Source: Eubacteriales bacterium (GTDB lineage: Bacteria; Bacillota; Clostridia; Oscillospirales; CAG-382). From it: a stretch of DNA of 64,000 bases. The stretch spans positions 22,945-86,944 of the forward strand of contig JAZNZY010000005.1 of NCBI GenBank assembly GCA_045595165.1, read 5' to 3'. Every line of letters begins with the position of its first letter. Within the stretch, counting starts at the first letter, position 1. This document shows positions 36,341 through 45,049 of the stretch, piece by piece. A program made the position numbers and the translations under genes. The notes beneath the pieces are model-generated. The model was not told the origin of the DNA, made no database searches, and saw nothing but the letters and a program-made list of their open reading frames with translations.

Positions 36341-37081
36341 TTGGCAGAGATAATAAACGGAATTTTAATTCCTTTTTTGGGCACGGCTTTGGGTGCGATG
36401 TGCGTATTCTTTTTAAAAGGCACGCTTAAAGAAAACCTTAAAAAAGCCTTTAACGGATTTGCCGCCGGGGTTATGGTGGCGGCATCCTTTTTCAGCCTTT
36501 TATTACCATCTATAGAACAATCCGAACACCTTGGGATTTTCAGCTTTTTTCCTGCGGTTTTTGGGCTTTGCCTGGGATTTGGTTTTTTACTTTTACTGGA
36601 TATTGTTATACCGCGGATAAGCCGCGGGTGCGGCAGTGCCAAACGTCCGTCTATGCTGTTTTTGGCGGTGACTCTGCACAATGTTCCCGAAGGAATGGCG
36701 GTTGGCGTAGTGCTGGCGGGACTTTCGGCAGACAGCGGAGATATAACCGCCGCGTCCGCCTTGGCACTATCTTTGGGAATAGCGTTTCAAAATTTCCCCG
36801 AAGGCGCGATAATCTCCCTCCCCCTTCACGCAAAGGGAGAAGGAAAGGTAAAATCCTTTTTATGGGGCGCACTTTCCGGGTTGGCAGAGCCTGTAGCGGC
36901 GGTGTGCACTCTTTTGCTTGCGGGATTGGTGGTACCGCTTATCCCCTACTTTTTGTCTTTTGCCGCAGGAGCGATGTTTTACGTGGTGGCAGAGGAATTA
37001 TTAAAAGAAAACTCCCATATAGGCACGGTTTTTTTCGCCGTGGGGATTATTCTGATGACTATAATATCCTGCGCGCTGTAA
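36341..37081 (+). CDS. ZIP-family metal (zinc) transporter
   Basis: LHNVPEGMAVG and FQNFPEGAIIS motifs. TTG start 10 nt after GGAGG. Confidence 0.8.
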   Translation: MAEIINGILIPFLGTALGAMCVFFLKGTLKENLKKAFNGFAAGVMVAASFFSLLLPSIEQSEHLGIFSFFPAVFGLCLGFGFLLLLDIVIPRISRGCGSAKRPSMLFLAVTLHNVPEGMAVGVVLAGLSADSGDITAASALALSLGIAFQNFPEGAIISLPLHAKGEGKVKSFLWGALSGLAEPVAAVCTLLLAGLVVPLIPYFLSFAAGAMFYVVAEELLKENSHIGTVFFAVGIILMTIISCAL

Positions 37082-37084
37082 TAC

Positions 37085-37113
37085 TTGAAAAAACGTTTAA
37101 TATGGTGTATAAT
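37085..37113 (+). promoter_or_regulatory. promoter of the alpha/beta hydrolase gene
   Basis: TTGAAA-17-TATAAT. Confidence 0.6.
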
Positions 37114-37145
37114 GGTTTTGACCTCATTAAAAGGAAGTAAATATA

Positions 37146-38111
37146 ATGATTTTTGAAAAACAGATAGAAAAAGTTTTTCGCTCCACTCTTTACCGCAGAT
37201 GCGATGATGACGGCAGCACCTTTTATTTTTCCCATAAAGATTTTGAAGGGTTATCCGCACAGCCCTATACCTTTGTTTCTTCTATGGGAAACACCCTTAA
37301 AGGATATTTTTATTCATACGAAAACCCGAATGAAGACAGACTTATAATCTTCGACCACGGTTTTGGCGGCGGTCATCGCTCATATATGAAAGAAATTGAA
37401 ATGCTGTGCAGGCAGGGCTACAAGGTTTTTTCCTATGACCACACGGGCTGTATGGAATCCGAGGGGGAAAATACAAACGGCTTTGCCCAATCACTTCACG
37501 ACCTTGACGATTGCATTACCGCTCTGAAAAAGGATGAAAACGTGAATACGGCGGATATTTCGGTTATCGGTCATAGCTGGGGCGGTTTTTCCACTATGAA
37601 TATAGCTGCGTTGCACCCCGATATCACCCATATAATTGTAATAAGCGGTTTCGTTTCTGTGGAGGAAATGGTAAAGCAGAATTTTTCTGGTCTGCTCAAA
37701 GGCTACAGAAAGCACATTTTCGGCATTGAACAAAAAGCAAATCCCGATTACGTGGGATATAACGGAGTAAACACCCTTTCAAAAACAGATGCAAAGGTTT
37801 TGCTTGTGTATTCTACCAACGATGGGTTGGTAAAAAAGGATATCCACTTTGATGCACTTAAAAACGGTCTTGCGGGTAAAGAAAACATTGAGTTTCTTTT
37901 GGTGGACGGCAAGGGACACAACCCCAATTACACCCATAACGCCGTAAAGCTTTTGGGCGAATTTGCAGATGCAAAAAGACGGGCAACAGAGAAAGATGCT
38001 CTGCAAACGGCAGAACAAAAAGAAAACTTTAAAAATTCTTTTGACTGGGATAAGATCACTGAGCAGGACGAAAAGGTCTGGGAAAAGATATTTGAAACGC
38101 TTAATAAGTAA
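37146..38111 (+). CDS. alpha/beta hydrolase
   Basis: Nucleophile elbow GHSWGG. 321 aa. Confidence 0.75.
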   Translation: MIFEKQIEKVFRSTLYRRCDDDGSTFYFSHKDFEGLSAQPYTFVSSMGNTLKGYFYSYENPNEDRLIIFDHGFGGGHRSYMKEIEMLCRQGYKVFSYDHTGCMESEGENTNGFAQSLHDLDDCITALKKDENVNTADISVIGHSWGGFSTMNIAALHPDITHIIVISGFVSVEEMVKQNFSGLLKGYRKHIFGIEQKANPDYVGYNGVNTLSKTDAKVLLVYSTNDGLVKKDIHFDALKNGLAGKENIEFLLVDGKGHNPNYTHNAVKLLGEFADAKRRATEKDALQTAEQKENFKNSFDWDKITEQDEKVWEKIFETLNK

Positions 38112-38149
38112 TTTGAAAGGCTCTGCGTTTGCAGAGCCTTTTCATTTTT
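38104..38149 (+). repeat. direct repeat, left copy (hydrolase 3' end plus terminator hairpin)
   Basis: ATAAGTAA-ATTTG-AAAGGCTCTGCGTTTGCAGAGCCTTTT. Confidence 0.7.
38116..38142. terminator. bidirectional terminator (copy 1 of a duplicated hairpin)
   Basis: AAAGGCTCTGC-gttt-GCAGAGCCTTT. Confidence 0.75.
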
Positions 38150-38157
38150 GATACGCT

Positions 38158-38478
38158 TTATTTTTTATTCATCACCTTTACAAGTTCAAACACTGCACTA
38201 AGCTGTGTATCATCCAAGGATTTTAGTTGTTTTACAACCGAATCAAGCTTTGAGGGATTGACGGAGTTCAAATCAAAAAACTCGTTTTCGGAAACATTCA
38301 GATATTCGCATATATAGAAAAAGCCTGTAAGCGACGGCAGCGATTTGCCTGATTCAATATTATTGATATATCCCGCATTTTGACCTATGGCAAGACTCAT
38401 CTCACGTGCAGAAACACCCTTGTGTTCTCTCAACTGTGCTAAACGCAAAGCGAACCGTTTTTCGTCCAATATACTCAC
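38158..38478 (-). CDS. XRE-family HTH transcriptional regulator
   Basis: RLAQLREHKGVSAREMSLAIGQNAGYINNIESGKSLP HTH. Start placed at GTG 38478, because the upstream part of the track ORF overlaps a divergent promoter. Confidence 0.7.
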   Translation of the reverse strand: MSILDEKRFALRLAQLREHKGVSAREMSLAIGQNAGYINNIESGKSLPSLTGFFYICEYLNVSENEFFDLNSVNPSKLDSVVKQLKSLDDTQLSAVFELVKVMNKK

Positions 38479-38543
38479 CGCCTTCGCATAATATAATACC
38501 CCATATACACACCAAAAACATCGTATCGTTTCCGTTAAAACAG

Positions 38544-38572
38544 TTGACTTGTGGGTTTTTATATGATATAAT
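38544..38572 (+). promoter_or_regulatory. promoter of gene 38620-39273
   Basis: TTGACT-17-TATAAT. Divergent from the XRE gene. Confidence 0.65.
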
Positions 38573-38619
38573 ATCAAAAAGGGCGGAATTGCGCCCATAT
38601 TTCGAAAAGGAGCAGTGTT

Positions 38620-39273
38620 ATGGCAGCATACTTGTGTACTTTAATTTACGGCAACGAAAGCTTTGGAGGATATCTGTCTGTAGACGGTCAGCGGGCAATA
38701 AGAATAGAAGACGATATGACATATCAGCTCGAACCCGGTCCTCACAGAATCGAGGTGTTCTCTACTTCAAACGCAGAACGTGCTGCCGGCAGATTTCAGG
38801 CAAATGTTTATAATATGACTTCGTCCGATGGCCCTCTTCTCGATACGATACAGCGCAACCAGGCACTTAAAAACATGGGCGACAGTTGGAATATCGACAC
38901 GGTCGTAGGCGACGGTCAGTGCTTGACTTTGGGCATACGCTCAAGCGGAATGAAGATCGTTGCAGCACCTGCATATGAGATCAGCGATCTTTCAGAAGAA
39001 GAGATCGAAAGACTCGAAGAATTCTTTGAGAATCTGGAAAAAGAACGTTTGGAAAAATTACACGCTCCCAGACGCAGTAAGCCAAAAATCATATGGGGCA
39101 TTATACTTATAATAGGCTTCGCTGAAGCGTTGGGAATAATTCCCGGTATGTTGAAGGCAGATAGCTTCGATCCCGTTATGCTGATACCGGTCGCTATATG
39201 CCTTGGCCTTTTCGGACTCGGATTGTGGATGTTCATTGATGGTGTTAAGAAAAAAGTTCGCGTTAAGAAATAA
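38620..39273 (+). CDS. hypothetical protein with a cytosolic N-domain, an acidic coiled segment and two C-terminal TM helices
   Basis: AAAAGGAG RBS. Has EEEIERLEEFFENLEKERLEKL and TM segments IIWGIILIIGFAEALGIIPG and LIPVAICLGLFGLGLWMFI. No family recognised. Confidence 0.65.
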   Translation: MAAYLCTLIYGNESFGGYLSVDGQRAIRIEDDMTYQLEPGPHRIEVFSTSNAERAAGRFQANVYNMTSSDGPLLDTIQRNQALKNMGDSWNIDTVVGDGQCLTLGIRSSGMKIVAAPAYEISDLSEEEIERLEEFFENLEKERLEKLHAPRRSKPKIIWGIILIIGFAEALGIIPGMLKADSFDPVMLIPVAICLGLFGLGLWMFIDGVKKKVRVKK

Positions 39274-39281
39274 CGTTGTCT

Positions 39282-39336
39282 ATAAGTAAATAATTTCCGA
39301 CAAAAAGGCTCTGCGTGTGCAGAGCCTTTTTGTTTT
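39282..39336 (+). repeat. direct repeat, right copy
   Basis: ATAAGTAAataATTTccgacaAAAGGCTCTGCGTGTGCAGAGCCTTTTT. Confidence 0.7.
39302..39331. terminator. bidirectional terminator (copy 2 of the same hairpin)
   Basis: AAAAAGGCTCTGC-gtgt-GCAGAGCCTTTTT. Confidence 0.75.
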
Positions 39337-39339
39337 ATT

Positions 39340-39414
39340 GGGGTCCCCGAGAAAGCGTTTTTAATATCGTAGCTTTGTCTGTTGCGAAATACAAATCTAA
39401 AAACCTTTCTTGGG
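39340..39414 (+). repeat. GGGGTCCCC-hairpin element, long copy 3
   Basis: GGGGTCCCCGAGAAAGCGTTTTTA...ATCTAAAAACCTTTCTTGGG. Confidence 0.75.
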
Positions 39415-39421
39415 ACGCTTT

Positions 39422-42034
39422 CTATTTGTGGTTTTTAAGAAGTCCCAGTGCCTTTGCAAGCTCCATTACCACGAGGGGTACGAGGATAAGGCCGAGGGCT
39501 ATAAGATACATATGCCAAGGCAGGTAAACCAGACCGAAGGCAACGGAAACCGGGGTGAACAGAACTATTGCCATTAAAACGATGGCCACAGCCGCCGCCT
39601 GATTAAGCTTTTTGTTGCCGAAGAAGCCAATACGGAACAGAGATCGATCGGACCGCATATTGAACGCCTGAACGATCTGGGAGAATGCAAGGACCATAAA
39701 CGCCATTGTCTGTCCTGCGCTTTCGCCAACGTAGTGATTACCGATACCGTAGGCAACCAGAGAAAGAATACCGAACATTATACCCTGAAGCACTATACGC
39801 ACTCCGTAGCCGTTGGCAAACAGTCCTTCAGTTTTAGGTCTGGGAGGAACGTCCATAATATCCTTCTCCGTAGGCTCCATACCCAAAGCGATAGCGGGAA
39901 GTCCGTCTGTAATAAGGTTTATCCAGAGAAGCTGCATAGACATAAAGGGAGATCTGTTCCATATGAGCATTGCTACGAACACCGAAACCACTTCGCCGAA
40001 GTTGGTGCCCAGAAGGAAGCCCACAACCTTTTTGATATTGGTGTATATGCCTCTGCCCTCTTTTACCGCGTCAACAATAGTGGCAAAGTTATCGTCGGAA
40101 AGGGTCATATCGGATGCGCCCTTGGCAACGTCAGTACCCGTAATACCCATTGCACAGCCGATATCGGCGGCTTTGAGTGCGGGAGCATCGTTTACGCCGT
40201 CGCCCGTCATGGAAACAACGTGTCCCTTCTTTTGCCAAGCCTTTACAATGCGTATCTTGTTTTCGGGAGAAACGCGGGCGTAAACGGAGATGTCCTCTAC
40301 GCAGGCATCAAGCTCGGCTTCTGTCATTTCGTCCAGCTGGGAGCCGGTAATGGCACGCTGACCGGGACGGAGTATGCCCAGCTCTCTTGCAATAGCAGAT
40401 GCAGTGATAATATGGTCGCCGGTGATCATAACGGGGCGTATTCCCGCACGCAGGCAGGTGGCAACTGCCGCCTTTGCCTCGGGACGGGGCGGGTCGATCA
40501 TACCCAGAACGCCCATAAAGGTCAGTCCGTTTTCCAATTCCTCGGAGGTTATTTCCGCGGGAAGCTCGTCGATAACCTTATAGCCTACCGCAAGCACACG
40601 AAGAGCATCCTCGCTCAACGCTTCGGTAAACCGCTTTGCTTCGGCGATGTTGCCCGAAACGCAACGGGAAGCCATTACGTCGAAGGCACCTTTTACGATA
40701 ACGGTTATCTTTCCGTCGATATTATTGACGGAGGTCATTAATTTTCTGTCTGAATCAAAAGGAATAGTCGCCAAGCGGGGATAAGCTGTATTAAGCTCCG
40801 CTTTGGACATACCGTTGTTGTACGCCGCAAGGACTATTGAGGTTTCCGTGGGGTCGCCTATATGAGTAACCTTATCCGCTTCCACCAGAATGCTTCCGTC
40901 GGAGCACAAGGTGGCATAAGCGAGAAGCTTTTTCATTTTATCGGAGTTGGCGTTGGAAATGCTTTCGCTTTCCTTTTCGCCTTCCACCCAGCCCTTTACC
41001 AAGGTCATACGGTTTTGGGTGAGAGTGCCGGTTTTATCCGAGCAGATAATAGATGCGCCGCCCAGAGTTTCTACTGCGGGAAGACGGCGGATTACTGCGT
41101 TTTTCTTTGCAAGGCGCTGTACGCCGATAGAAAGAACGATAGTAACTATTGCGGGAAGTCCCTCGGGTATAGCAGACACCGCAAGGGAAACCGCTGTCAT
41201 AAATATCTCAAGGGGTTTGAGATCGTTGAGAATACCTACAACGAATATAACCACGCATATACCGATGGCGAGAAGACCAAGGTATTTACCCAATTTTGCA
41301 AGCTTTTTCTGCAAGGGGGTCTGACCGTCCTCTTCACCCGTGAGAAGCGCGGCGATCTTGCCCATCTCCGTATTCATACCGATAGCAGTTACCACCGCAA
41401 GGGCGGTACCGTAAGTAATACTGCAGCCGGAATAGACCATATTGCTTCTGTCGCCGATAGGCGCGTTTTCGTCTACAACCGCGCTTGCATCCTTTTCCGA
41501 AGGAACGGATTCACCCGTGAGGGCAGATTCCTCGCTCTTAAGAGATGCGCTGCTAATAAGACGCGCGTCTGCGGGGACGAAATCGCCTGCTTCCAGCTTT
41601 ATAATGTCGCCGGGAACCAAAGCGGATGCCATTACGATCTGCTCTTTGCCGTCCCGTATAACGCGGGAATGGGGGGCGGACATATTTTTGAGCGCCTCCA
41701 AGGCTTTTTCTGCCTTGCTCTCCTGCATAACGCCCATTATGGCGTTTATGACCACGATGGCGAGTATGAGGGCAGGCTCGAAAAATCCTTTTGCCTCTCC
41801 CTCAAGGATGGCAACGACGAATGACACCGCCGCCGCGGCAAGGAGGATGAGTATCATTACGTCCTTGAACTGATCAAGGAACTTTAAAAACATACCTTTT
41901 TTCTTTTTGCCCTTAAGAACGTTTGCGCCATACTGCGCCTGACGGGCGGCTACCTCCCCTGAAGAAAGACCGTTTGTAACGTCCGTCTGCAGGGTGTCTA
42001 CCACTTGCTTCGAATCGATGTTATAATATTCCAT
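39422..42034 (-). CDS. calcium-translocating P-type ATPase (P2 type)
   Basis: CSDKTGTLTQNRM phosphorylation site, PEGLPA in the M4 helix, TGDGVNDAPALK hinge. 870 aa. Confidence 0.92.
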   Translation of the reverse strand: MEYYNIDSKQVVDTLQTDVTNGLSSGEVAARQAQYGANVLKGKKKKGMFLKFLDQFKDVMILILLAAAAVSFVVAILEGEAKGFFEPALILAIVVINAIMGVMQESKAEKALEALKNMSAPHSRVIRDGKEQIVMASALVPGDIIKLEAGDFVPADARLISSASLKSEESALTGESVPSEKDASAVVDENAPIGDRSNMVYSGCSITYGTALAVVTAIGMNTEMGKIAALLTGEEDGQTPLQKKLAKLGKYLGLLAIGICVVIFVVGILNDLKPLEIFMTAVSLAVSAIPEGLPAIVTIVLSIGVQRLAKKNAVIRRLPAVETLGGASIICSDKTGTLTQNRMTLVKGWVEGEKESESISNANSDKMKKLLAYATLCSDGSILVEADKVTHIGDPTETSIVLAAYNNGMSKAELNTAYPRLATIPFDSDRKLMTSVNNIDGKITVIVKGAFDVMASRCVSGNIAEAKRFTEALSEDALRVLAVGYKVIDELPAEITSEELENGLTFMGVLGMIDPPRPEAKAAVATCLRAGIRPVMITGDHIITASAIARELGILRPGQRAITGSQLDEMTEAELDACVEDISVYARVSPENKIRIVKAWQKKGHVVSMTGDGVNDAPALKAADIGCAMGITGTDVAKGASDMTLSDDNFATIVDAVKEGRGIYTNIKKVVGFLLGTNFGEVVSVFVAMLIWNRSPFMSMQLLWINLITDGLPAIALGMEPTEKDIMDVPPRPKTEGLFANGYGVRIVLQGIMFGILSLVAYGIGNHYVGESAGQTMAFMVLAFSQIVQAFNMRSDRSLFRIGFFGNKKLNQAAAVAIVLMAIVLFTPVSVAFGLVYLPWHMYLIALGLILVPLVVMELAKALGLLKNHK

Positions 42035-42094
42035 CTGAAAAATCCTCCGTTTTTAAAAACGAAAATGCGTATTAATTCCAAAATCTTACACAGT

Positions 42095-42123
42095 ATTATA
42101 CAACCCACATAACGAAATGTCAA
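42095..42123 (-). promoter_or_regulatory. promoter of the P-type ATPase gene
   Basis: TTGACA-17-TATAAT (perfect consensus). Confidence 0.7.
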
Positions 42124-42193
42124 GTGGAGGCAAAAAAACGCAAAAACAAATAAAAAAACCGAAAAATACTCTTTATTATTATGTATTTTGCCG

Positions 42194-42222
42194 TTGAAAA
42201 TTATATTCATATAGAGTATAAT
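42194..42222 (+). promoter_or_regulatory. promoter of the antiporter gene
   Basis: TTGAAA-17-TATAAT. Confidence 0.65.
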
Positions 42223-42270
42223 TGCTTGGTTTGAAAAAAATGTATTAATAATATGAAAAGAGTGTAAATT

Positions 42271-43563
42271 ATGATCGTTTTGTTTGAGATTGCAGTTGCG
42301 CTTTTTGCAGGACTTCTTATGTCCCGTCCCGCAAAGAAGCTCGGTCTTCCCGCTGTAACCGGTTATCTTATTGCAGGTCTGCTTATAGGTCCTTTCGTTC
42401 TGGGCAGACTGGGCGTGGAAGGCTTGGGATTTACCACGGGCGAACACGTTGAGGCGCTGAGCATTATCTCCGACGTGGCTTTGGGCTTTATCGCTTTTGC
42501 TATCGGTAACGAATTCCGCGTTTCCCAGCTTAAACAGATAGGCAAGCAGGCAACTGTAATTGCCATTTTCCAGGCGGTTACCGCAACCATATTCGTTGAT
42601 GCGGCGCTTATAGGACTTCATTTCCTTATGCCCGATAAGCTTTCTATTGCCACCGCCATTACTCTGGGTGCAATAGCTACCGCCACCGCACCTGCCGCTA
42701 CCTTGATGGTTGTTAACCAGTACAAGGCAAAGGGTAAGCTTACCGACATTCTGCTTCCCATCGTTGCTTTGGACGACGCTGTGGGTCTGATCGTGTTTGC
42801 GGTATCCTTCGGTATTGCAAAAGCCCTTAACTCCGGCGCGGCGCTCAGCATCTTTACCGTTGCGATAAATCCGCTTATCGAGATCATCGGTTCTCTCCTT
42901 TTGGGTACACTTATCGGTATTTTGTTCAACTTTTCCGAAAAGTTCTTCTTTTCCCGTTCCAAGCGTATGTGTATATCCATTACATACGTATTCTTGGCGG
43001 TTGCAATATCCATGCTTCATTTCCACATCCCCGGCACAGAGCTGGAGATCGGCTTCTCTCCCCTGCTGGTATGTATGATGCTGGGTACCGTGTTCTGCAA
43101 CCTGTGTGTATTCTCCGAAGAGCTTATGGCAAAGGTTGACAGATGGACAGCTCCCCTCTTCGTGCTGTTCTTCGTTATCTCCGGCGCAGAGCTTGACTTA
43201 AGCGTATTTACCGAATGGGCAGTTATCGTTATCGGCGTGGTATATATCATCTTCAGAAGCGCAGGAAAGATCTTCGGCGCAACCGTAAGTGCTAAGTTTA
43301 TGAAATGCGTTCCCAGTATTCAGAAATATCTGGGTATCACCCTCCTTCCCCAGGCGGGCGTTGCATTGGGTATGTCCGTAACCGTTGCCGCTGAATTGGG
43401 CGCAGACGGTGCGATAATAAGAAACATAGTTCTGTTCGCGGTTCTCGTATACGAGCTTTGCGGTCCTCTTATGACCAAGATTGCCCTTACCAAGGCAGGC
43501 GATATTCAGCCCAAGGAGTTGCAACCCGTAAAGCATTCGAAAGACGAAAAACCTGTTTGGTAA
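42271..43563 (+). CDS. cation:proton antiporter (Na+/H+ exchanger family)
   Basis: 430 aa, polytopic. LPAVTGYLIAGLLIGPFVLG N-terminal motif, typical of CPA transporters. Confidence 0.8.
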   Translation: MIVLFEIAVALFAGLLMSRPAKKLGLPAVTGYLIAGLLIGPFVLGRLGVEGLGFTTGEHVEALSIISDVALGFIAFAIGNEFRVSQLKQIGKQATVIAIFQAVTATIFVDAALIGLHFLMPDKLSIATAITLGAIATATAPAATLMVVNQYKAKGKLTDILLPIVALDDAVGLIVFAVSFGIAKALNSGAALSIFTVAINPLIEIIGSLLLGTLIGILFNFSEKFFFSRSKRMCISITYVFLAVAISMLHFHIPGTELEIGFSPLLVCMMLGTVFCNLCVFSEELMAKVDRWTAPLFVLFFVISGAELDLSVFTEWAVIVIGVVYIIFRSAGKIFGATVSAKFMKCVPSIQKYLGITLLPQAGVALGMSVTVAAELGADGAIIRNIVLFAVLVYELCGPLMTKIALTKAGDIQPKELQPVKHSKDEKPVW

Positions 43564-43824
43564 CTGTCTAAACTTCGCAGACCAAAAAACGCGACAGATG
43601 AAATAATGGTTTTCGAAAACCGTAGGGACAGACGTCCTCGTCTGTCCGTAACAAAATTAAAATGTAGGAATCCGTTTTTGACGGATTCCTTCTTTGTTTT
43701 TTGTCGCGTTTTTTTATAAATTTTTGCTCGGGGGGCAGTAGAATACTACAGCTCTCCGCTCGCGAAAATTGATTCTGCTTTGTTTATACAGTTCCCCGCT
43801 TCAGCAATACTCTCACTACTACAG
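43562..43824 (+). repeat. left arm of a ~260-bp structured inverted repeat
   Basis: The 18-nt end AACTGTCTAAACTTCGCA is identical to the reverse complement of 45282-45299. The 70-nt block 43726-43795 is nearly identical to the reverse complement of 45079-45147. Confidence 0.8.
43666..43702 (+). terminator. terminator after the antiporter gene (inside the left inverted-repeat arm)
   Basis: AGGAATCCGT-ttttg-ACGGATTCCT followed by TCTTTGTTTTTT. Confidence 0.75.
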
Positions 43825-43848
43825 CCGTGAGTTTTGCGAATGTTTTTA

Positions 43849-43877
43849 TTGCGGTTTCTGGATAAAACCGTTATAAT
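43849..43877 (+). promoter_or_regulatory. promoter of the cassette gene 43940-44965
   Basis: TTGCGG-17-TATAAT. Lies inside the region bounded by the inverted repeats. Confidence 0.55.
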
Positions 43878-43939
43878 TGTTTTGGGAATTGTAAACGCTT
43901 TTTTATTTTGTTATGCTGAAACCACAGGAGGAGAAAAAT

Positions 43940-44965
43940 ATGAAATATATTAATGCAAGCGAAATACTTCCGAAAGAGCTGCTTAACCAAATAAAAGTCT
44001 TTGCTGCGGGAAAATTGTTATATATTCCCGCGGACGCGGAAAAGAAGGCGTGGGGCGAAAAGACCGGCGCACGGGCGGGATATTACGCCAGAAATAGTGC
44101 AATAAAAGCAGGATTTTTAAAAGGAAAAGCGGTTGAAGTATTGGCAAACGAATATTTTCTTACTCCCGAAACCATTAAAAAAATTGTTTATGCGAAGGAG
44201 AAGAAAATGGAAAACAGACAATTTCCCGAAACAATGTTTGATTACACAATAACCCCGTCGGATGCGCCCGTACCCGTTATCCGTTTAGACAGACACCCCG
44301 TATACGATGTGGAATTCAAGGCAGGCGCAACAGCGCGCTTTGCATCGTATCCATACCCTTACAGGAGTATTGCGGACATAACCGAAGCAGCCGTTATAAG
44401 TGAAACGGAAGTGCACGGAGAAAAAGGAATGCGAATAGAGGTTATATGGAACAAGGGCGAAGAGGAATACGAAAACCGATTTGCGGTGATCTCCCAAATA
44501 AACGGAGATACCTGCAAAAATCTTGCCTGCGAAACCCGAGAAAACGGCGTAACGCAGATTCACACATTTCTTGAAGGTGAGGCTTTTTTCGAGGATTGGG
44601 GGTATGATATGCCTCTGATTATAGAAAACAGAGGGTTGATATGCAAATGCGGTAACAGCATTTCCTTTTCCGAAAGTGGCGTTTGCTCAGATGCGGTGGG
44701 AAGATATACGGTTGCGATAAACGGAAAGAAATATGACACGGTTTTGGTGATCAACGTTAGTTGTATAGATGACGGCGTTTTGACAGAGGAATATATAGAC
44801 CCCCACGGTAATTCTGTGCTGTTCCGCAGATTTGACCTCGGCACGTCCTCCCGCGTTCCCGGCGAGCCCTGTTTTAAAGAATACCTGCCCGATTCGGAGC
44901 GTGTTTTCGTTAACGGCGAAGAATTTGTTTTGTGGATAGATACCATAAACGAATACATGTGTTAA
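43940..44965 (+). CDS. protein with an HTH (Mor/CD3324-like) N-terminus and a ~245-aa uncharacterised C-domain
   Basis: GGAGG RBS. MKYINASEILPKELLNQIKVFAAGKLLYIP...LANEYFLTPETIKKIVY resembles small clostridial HTH proteins (from memory). The C-domain has no recognised motif. Confidence 0.65.
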   Translation: MKYINASEILPKELLNQIKVFAAGKLLYIPADAEKKAWGEKTGARAGYYARNSAIKAGFLKGKAVEVLANEYFLTPETIKKIVYAKEKKMENRQFPETMFDYTITPSDAPVPVIRLDRHPVYDVEFKAGATARFASYPYPYRSIADITEAAVISETEVHGEKGMRIEVIWNKGEEEYENRFAVISQINGDTCKNLACETRENGVTQIHTFLEGEAFFEDWGYDMPLIIENRGLICKCGNSISFSESGVCSDAVGRYTVAINGKKYDTVLVINVSCIDDGVLTEEYIDPHGNSVLFRRFDLGTSSRVPGEPCFKEYLPDSERVFVNGEEFVLWIDTINEYMC

Positions 44966-45049
44966 TTAAAAAAGGGACGTCGAGGCGCCGTCCCCTACGG
45001 CTTATGAACAGCCGCGGCTATAGAACTAAAAGTCTGCAGGAACTAATGT

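Noticed and set aside
39734-41824. Two long plus-strand ORFs (335 aa and 320 aa)
   Set aside because: They are antisense to the P-type ATPase gene, which has the DKTGT and TGDGVNDAPALK motifs.
41998-43026. 342-aa minus-strand ORF spanning the ATPase start, the intergenic promoters and the antiporter 5' half
   Set aside because: It crosses two consensus promoters and is antisense to the antiporter gene. The product is Cys/Asn/Lys-rich and looks like nonsense sequence.
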